A DNA stretch of 64,000 bases, taken from positions 1-64,000 of the forward strand of contig JAWBAI010000001.1 in assembly GCA_038816475.1 (NCBI GenBank). Reading direction: 5' to 3'. Below the pieces are notes generated by a model that searched no databases, was not told the DNA's origin, and saw only the letters and a program-made list of their open reading frames with translations. Made by a program: the position numbers and the translations under genes. Shown piece after piece: positions 59,801 to 64,000 of this stretch (positions are counted from its first letter, which is position 1; every line of letters starts with the position of its first letter). The DNA is from Desulfurococcaceae archaeon (GTDB lineage Archaea; Thermoproteota; Thermoprotei_A; Sulfolobales; Desulfurococcaceae).

Positions 59801-60872
59801 CAATATTTCTAATGGCTTCAGGCTTCGATCCAGCCTCGAAGTTTAGGAAAAGTTTGAACAGCTTTGGATAGATCCCTCGGGGCTTACCGGTTGCGCTGTT
59901 TACTATTAGTGTGGTTTTAATGCTTTTCTTCACAGAGTTTATTTCCTCCTGAAGCTTACTGAGCTCAACTTTAAGCTTTTCAAACTCTTCACCTTGGGCC
60001 GTGGAGAGCCTAGCCTTCAGCTTTATGACCTGTAATCCCTTGTCAATAGTGGCGTCATCTATACCTATAAGGTTCAGGAGTCTTCGTACAGCTTTACCGC
60101 TTCTCAGTATAGCGTCAACATCGTCCATGATCACGAGTTCGTATACTCCACGCGGTAATTTATCAGCGTGTTTATGCAGAAAGGCGCTAGTAGATAGGAG
60201 TATGTCGAAGCTCCCGGTTACCACCATCTCCATGTACAGCTCTTTATCCTTCTTATTGAGTTTTCCGTGTATGCATAGCACTCTTACGCACTCGTCACTA
60301 CTCTGCAGTTCTTGGTTGCTACAGATCTTGATACCCGAGTTCTCGGCAAACTGTAGCAGTTTCTTCCATGCTTGAAGCAGTAGCGGTGTTGTTGGAAAAG
60401 CTATGTATATCTTCCTTCCGCTTTTCTTAGCTTCCTGAACTTTGTACAGGGTAGCTATGAGTGAGAAAACTGTTTTACCCATACCTGTTGGTGCAATTAT
60501 GCTGAATGATTCCCCCCTAAGAAGCCTCTTAGCCCACGCTTTCTGAGCACTCCACATCATGAAGCCGTTGGTAGCTTTCTGAAAGAACAACTCGAATTTT
60601 CGAAATAGAGTTTCTTCTTCGACTAGCTCTTTAAGACGACCTTCTCTGTGAACAAGAGAGTAGTATATCTTCAGTCGTCTTGACTTATCAGCATTGGCTA
60701 CAAGATCCACGTAGGCTTTAAACTCCTCTTCGGGAAGACACGCTTCGCAGGGAGCTTTGAGCAGAAGTCGTTCATCCGATATTGATCCACCGCAGTTAGG
60801 ACAAGCGTGTCTGTAGATCCCGTGGGCAACTGGGTGCTTCACTTCTACGGAAACGTTTGCTGTATTATCCAC
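56871..60872 (-). CDS. rgy: Reverse gyrase
   Basis: N-terminal CPNCGG zinc finger, APTGMGKT, DDVD, RGLDLP, YIQASGR, VESPNKA, TDPDSEGE, SAGRVQTP, ITYHRTD and GIGRPSTY motifs. Confidence 0.98.
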   Translation of the reverse strand: MDNTANVSVEVKHPVAHGIYRHACPNCGGSISDERLLLKAPCEACLPEEEFKAYVDLVANADKSRRLKIYYSLVHREGRLKELVEEETLFRKFELFFQKATNGFMMWSAQKAWAKRLLRGESFSIIAPTGMGKTVFSLIATLYKVQEAKKSGRKIYIAFPTTPLLLQAWKKLLQFAENSGIKICSNQELQSSDECVRVLCIHGKLNKKDKELYMEMVVTGSFDILLSTSAFLHKHADKLPRGVYELVIMDDVDAILRSGKAVRRLLNLIGIDDATIDKGLQVIKLKARLSTAQGEEFEKLKVELSKLQEEINSVKKSIKTTLIVNSATGKPRGIYPKLFKLFLNFEAGSKPEAIRNIVDAYVIPEGMDLDKLVVELCLKLKDGIIVFVPADKGVEYAEQIAQKLREAGLSVEAFHAKKSIKIIEEFSAGNLNALVGVATYYGTIVRGLDLPERVKFVVFTGVPRHKFSSKLERVSPIDILRMLVVVRDIVEGDEKSEIETLIGKLARKLRTMSPGALAKVKEIFNQVTTTGLKGDEPSVVVDLYKAYSILKKKLEEPAAWEKLTQLGEVAITRENGETYLLIPDVATYIQASGRCSRLYPGGITKGLSVVIVDDARLLSGLTRRMRWIFEDFKMVNLHDLDLDKLVKEISEERLEVQRIIRGEVKPDKYLDLVKTAVLIVESPNKAKTIANFFGKPSVRVLGEGLQAYEITVGNHILTVIASGGHVYDLIIDEEPPEAEKHGHLYGVALVQDTSEQRRFIPIYTDIKTCINGHQFSHDAMFCPRCKSSIKNRKLSVIEVLKRLASEVDVVFIGTDPDSEGEKIAWDLRVLLEPYAEKIQRVEFHEVTRRAIMEALLNPRDFNARLVEAQIVRRVEDRWLGFSLSKIVQEYGWLKYCMSYLYRRHGKPGKIESIDACCYPNRNLSAGRVQTPVLGFIISEYHKSKRPENRKYQVYINVERREAPLILVLNYNDALKAGIIDEHGKVVNYPNVEVVILEERENEVNPPSPFTTDTLLEDASRIYGFSTTKTMNLAQELFEMGLITYHRTDSTRVSDVGIEVARQYLEDKYGAKYTELFKPRTWGVGGAHEAIRPTRPIDADRLSELVKEGAIVVVGRLTRDHMKLYDLIFRRFIASQMKPARVKIQKLKVCIGELEQVLEVVTSIVEKGYLELYENLRVQAEELGTPGERLSGFISNVKKLKYPLPKYHDVIKWMKENGIGRPSTYAKIVQTLIDRRYVKATEKTKSLLALERGIQIYDFLNEFFRDIVGVEVTRKLEENMDKIERGELYYQKLLNQLYEEVQERILSEEVRKSIENSLKLYIDECRDRSSNPLS

Positions 60873-61010
60873 AGAAACACCTCTCTCCGTGAGTTGTGCT
60901 TAATAATTAGCTTTTAAAGCTTTCTGTACAAAAGAAGCCAGAGATCCTATGATAAGGAAAATAAAGAGAAAACATTACTGATGTCCACAAAAAATTCTCA
61001 CTGAAACACC

Positions 61011-62444
61011 TCATTGTTTTAAAGTTCTAGCAATATCCACGGCACAGCCAGCTAGAAGTATCGTGGTTGATATCAGAAGAGTCCATGCTGAGATAGGCAT
61101 ACCCCAGATAACTCCTACAAATGTTCTTCGGGGTCCTAGAACTATAGCGCAAGCTGAGGCGAATAATGCTCCAACTATGAGTGACGCTAAACCGGTCACC
61201 TTAGTTAGTCTGCTTATCCTAGTTGACCAGTAAACTCCTACAATAGTTATTGGTGCAAGTGGTAGTAGTATTACAGAGGTTAAAACGGACATTTCAACAA
61301 TGAAGCCCGGATTGAAGTAGGCTACGACTCCAGCAGCTGAAACCAGGACTAAGTCGATGAGTCTGGCTATCACTAGTCTCTCACGAATATTTATGCTGGA
61401 AACAACGCTACCTGAGACGGCTAGTACGATGCTGTTCGATGTTGATACGGCGGCTGCTATTATTGAAACAGCTACGAGGGATCCTAGCCAGGGGTTCATT
61501 AAACTCAGCGAATAGGGTGTAAGCCTATCTCGGGTAACATCGGCAGGGATACCGTTCTTCAGTGTAAGTCCAGCCGCGAAAAGCCCCACTAGTACAACAA
61601 TAAGCGTATAGATGAATCCGTAAAAGAAGAAAAATACGGTTGATCTGCGGTAGGCTTTGTAGTCTTTTGGAAGATACAATCTTATAACAACTTGAGGGTT
61701 TGTTATAGCGAAGAACGCCCATGGTATTGTGTAAGCCAGGAATACGGGGAGACTCCAAAACTCCGTTATTCCCAAGTACCCTTTCTCTGATACTAGTGCA
61801 AAGATCTCATGAACGCTAACACCCAGGCTTCCTGCGAAGAACACTACCCAGGCTAGGTATGCTAAACCCGAGAACAGCATTATTAATCCTTGATACAAGT
61901 CTGTGAGTGCAACACTCCACATGCCTGCTACGAATATCCATAAGTAGATCAATACCGTGGAGACCAGTAATGCTTCGTGCTCACCTAAACCACCGTAGTG
62001 AAATATGGCTTTTAACCCGAGTACTTGAGCAGCCAGATAAGGTATCATCGCAAACAAGTACACACCGGTAGTAGCTAGTGCGAGAGCTCTGCTCTGGTAG
62101 AGGTCTCCTATCATCTGAGCAGGCGATATCCATGATCTACCCTTGGATAACTTCCATATGTTGCATCCAACGGTTGCAAGCAGTACCATTGTTGAAGCAA
62201 GGTACACTAGCTCAAATCCGTAGGCTCCAACACCTGTAGCATGGGTTAATCCAACGAGCCCTATCATCATGAACGCGCTGTAAGTTGTAGCCGCGTATGT
62301 TCCGAACGATATGAGCCCTCCTAATCTACCACTTGCGGTGTAGTAGTCTCTGAAAGTGCCTGTGAAATACCTTCTTGAAAGCAATGCTAACAACGTTCCA
62401 ATACTCGCATAGATAGACATTACAGCCACGAACTCCACTCTCAC
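61011..62444 (-). CDS. Sodium:solute symporter family protein
   Basis: AATTYSAFMMIGLVG, GMWSVALTDLYQG, PQVVIR and AAAVSTSNS motifs, about 13 TM. Confidence 0.93.
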   Translation of the reverse strand: MRVEFVAVMSIYASIGTLLALLSRRYFTGTFRDYYTASGRLGGLISFGTYAATTYSAFMMIGLVGLTHATGVGAYGFELVYLASTMVLLATVGCNIWKLSKGRSWISPAQMIGDLYQSRALALATTGVYLFAMIPYLAAQVLGLKAIFHYGGLGEHEALLVSTVLIYLWIFVAGMWSVALTDLYQGLIMLFSGLAYLAWVVFFAGSLGVSVHEIFALVSEKGYLGITEFWSLPVFLAYTIPWAFFAITNPQVVIRLYLPKDYKAYRRSTVFFFFYGFIYTLIVVLVGLFAAGLTLKNGIPADVTRDRLTPYSLSLMNPWLGSLVAVSIIAAAVSTSNSIVLAVSGSVVSSINIRERLVIARLIDLVLVSAAGVVAYFNPGFIVEMSVLTSVILLPLAPITIVGVYWSTRISRLTKVTGLASLIVGALFASACAIVLGPRRTFVGVIWGMPISAWTLLISTTILLAGCAVDIARTLKQ

Positions 62445-62647
62445 TTTACTTCACCCACGCGGAGTTTCTCAATAGAGGATAACCAGATAATGCATAAAAC
62501 ACCGATCGCCACAGTTACAGCAGTCCAAAACAGAAAAAGAGAAAGATCCTTAGCACTACTTAGAAACAAATATGGAACTACATACATGCTAGCAATTAGT
62601 GCTAGCTGTAGCAAAATAAGCAGCTTCTTCATGCGAACACCGAACAA
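62441..62647 (-). CDS. Small 2-TM membrane protein, symporter accessory subunit-like
   Basis: Two hydrophobic segments with YVVPY and LFW. Overlaps the SSS start by 4 nt. True start is probably ATG 62632. Confidence 0.7.
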   Translation of the reverse strand: MFGVRMKKLLILLQLALIASMYVVPYLFLSSAKDLSLFLFWTAVTVAIGVLCIIWLSSIEKLRVGEVK

Positions 62648-62701
62648 ATATTCGATCCTAGGAGTTGTTAATAAGGTGGAGAGTTTAAAAATACCTAGAG
62701 T

Positions 62702-63718
62702 GTGGCTAAAATGAAAAGTTCAGTTAAGGAGCGTTTACTGGAAATTCTAAAGAGCTTTGAGGGAGATTACGTCCCACAGTCGTACCTTCACAGGGTTGTT
62801 AAAGCTTCTAAAAGTAGAATCTCGGAGGTTCTAAGAGAGCTAGAGCGTGAGGGATTAATACTAAGAACAACTGTTGGAAGAAGCAAGATCATATACGTAC
62901 ACCCTGGTTTCTCGGAGCACCAGCCTTCTCTTATTAGAAAGCAACTGAAGCTGGGTATTGTCTACTCAAGTGAATACTTGTTTCTTGGGTACTTCGTAAA
63001 GGAACTATCTAGACATAACATAAGGGTTAACGTGGTTGTAACTAAGGACGGTTTATCCACTACTAAAGCTGTTGCTGAAGGAGTATTAGACCTGGCTTTT
63101 TCACCACTTGTAGGACAACTTTACCTTTATCCCGTGTATAGGACGTACAAAATAGTACAAGGTGGTTTACAAGGAGGCTTCAGAGTTCTGCACAAGCCAG
63201 GAAAGAACGTAGTGTACTCTAGTATGATAAGTACTATGGATTACGTTCGACACTACGTACTTAAAAAAGGCTTAATTGATGCCGAAAAAACTGTGTACTT
63301 TGACGACTCATCGAAAATATACGACATAGTAAAGAATAGTGGTTACGTTGTTGCATGGCATCCTATTTACTTGCATCTCAAAGAGCTAGGATTTAGGGAA
63401 GTGATAACACCGCAGGATCTGGACATAGACTTCTGCTGTACTCTAGCAATATCTCGCACTGTTAATGATAGATATTATCGGTTAATTAAGAAAGCATACG
63501 CGAAAGCCATTGAAAGCTACAGGAAGAACCCCGAGAAGTTTATAGAATACTACTCAATGGTAACGGGAATTAACGTGTCTACTCTGAAAAACGCTGTTGA
63601 AGAGTATAAGGTCTCCTCCGAGATCAACAAGAAAACATATGGGAAGGTGATTAACGTCTATTCATTAAACGTCCCATCTAGTGAGGTATACATTGAATCC
63701 TTCAACGAGTATTCATGA
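62702..63718 (+). CDS. Winged-helix regulator fused to a periplasmic-binding-protein-like (NMT1/THI5-like) sensor domain
   Basis: N-terminal wHTH (PQSYLHRVVKASKSRISEVLRELEREGLI) followed by LKLGIV..SEY, LDLAFSP, WHP and CC.LA. Confidence 0.75.
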   Translation: MAKMKSSVKERLLEILKSFEGDYVPQSYLHRVVKASKSRISEVLRELEREGLILRTTVGRSKIIYVHPGFSEHQPSLIRKQLKLGIVYSSEYLFLGYFVKELSRHNIRVNVVVTKDGLSTTKAVAEGVLDLAFSPLVGQLYLYPVYRTYKIVQGGLQGGFRVLHKPGKNVVYSSMISTMDYVRHYVLKKGLIDAEKTVYFDDSSKIYDIVKNSGYVVAWHPIYLHLKELGFREVITPQDLDIDFCCTLAISRTVNDRYYRLIKKAYAKAIESYRKNPEKFIEYYSMVTGINVSTLKNAVEEYKVSSEINKKTYGKVINVYSLNVPSSEVYIESFNEYS

Positions 63719-63763
63719 GATTACCTATATAAGATACGTAGCGTTATTAGTCTAATAGGGCTT

Positions 63764-64000
63764 TTGTTCGAGCTTAGAGTAGTCAACAGGAAGTATGCTC
63801 AGAGCATTCTAACGCAACTTAGGAATCGTGAAACAACTCAAATAGATTTTAGAAAAGGTTTAGTTAGGCTGGGTAGAATACTAGGTCTCGAGATAATTGA
63901 AGATTACGATGTAGAAGAAGTGGAAATTGTAACACCACTGAATGTAAAACACAGAGGAGTGAGAATAAAAGACATGGAAAACACCATTGTAATAACTGTT
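63764..64000 (+). CDS. upp: Uracil phosphoribosyltransferase, truncated by window end
   Basis: TTG 63764 begins ...LTQLRNRETTQIDFRKGLVRLGRILGLEI...VTPL. Confidence 0.92.
   Translation, partial: MFELRVVNRKYAQSILTQLRNRETTQIDFRKGLVRLGRILGLEIIEDYDVEEVEIVTPLNVKHRGVRIKDMENTIVITV

Overview
Archaeal chromosomal DNA, almost certainly from a hyperthermophilic crenarchaeon. It carries Cren7, CdvB/CdvC, reverse gyrase and tungsten GAPOR, and uses GGTGA ribosome-binding sites with many TTG/GTG starts. The gene set fits Desulfurococcales; this assignment is inference. The window is mostly dense housekeeping and metabolic sequence: Mo/W-pterin biosynthesis (moaA, moaC, moaD-moaE fusion, moaB, moeA) with hypF, a beta-RFAP synthase/DUF447/DUF1464 cluster, split pheS and pheT, argS, gap-pgk, glucan phosphorylase, an Opp/Dpp ABC transporter, ttuA, sufS, aIF5A, rgy and tRNA-Ala(CGC). 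I saw no CRISPR array, IS element, integrase or provirus. The most notable content is absent from the ORF track: one well-formed box H/ACA guide RNA, four box C/D guide RNA candidates with readable rRNA/tRNA targets, a 56-aa CC1-type chromatin protein, a 37-aa membrane microprotein, an apparent ACG start codon on pheT (possibly also moaB), and structured leaders in front of two separate pterin-cofactor genes (moaA and moeA). All family calls come from motifs recognised by eye; no database searches or folding computations were run.
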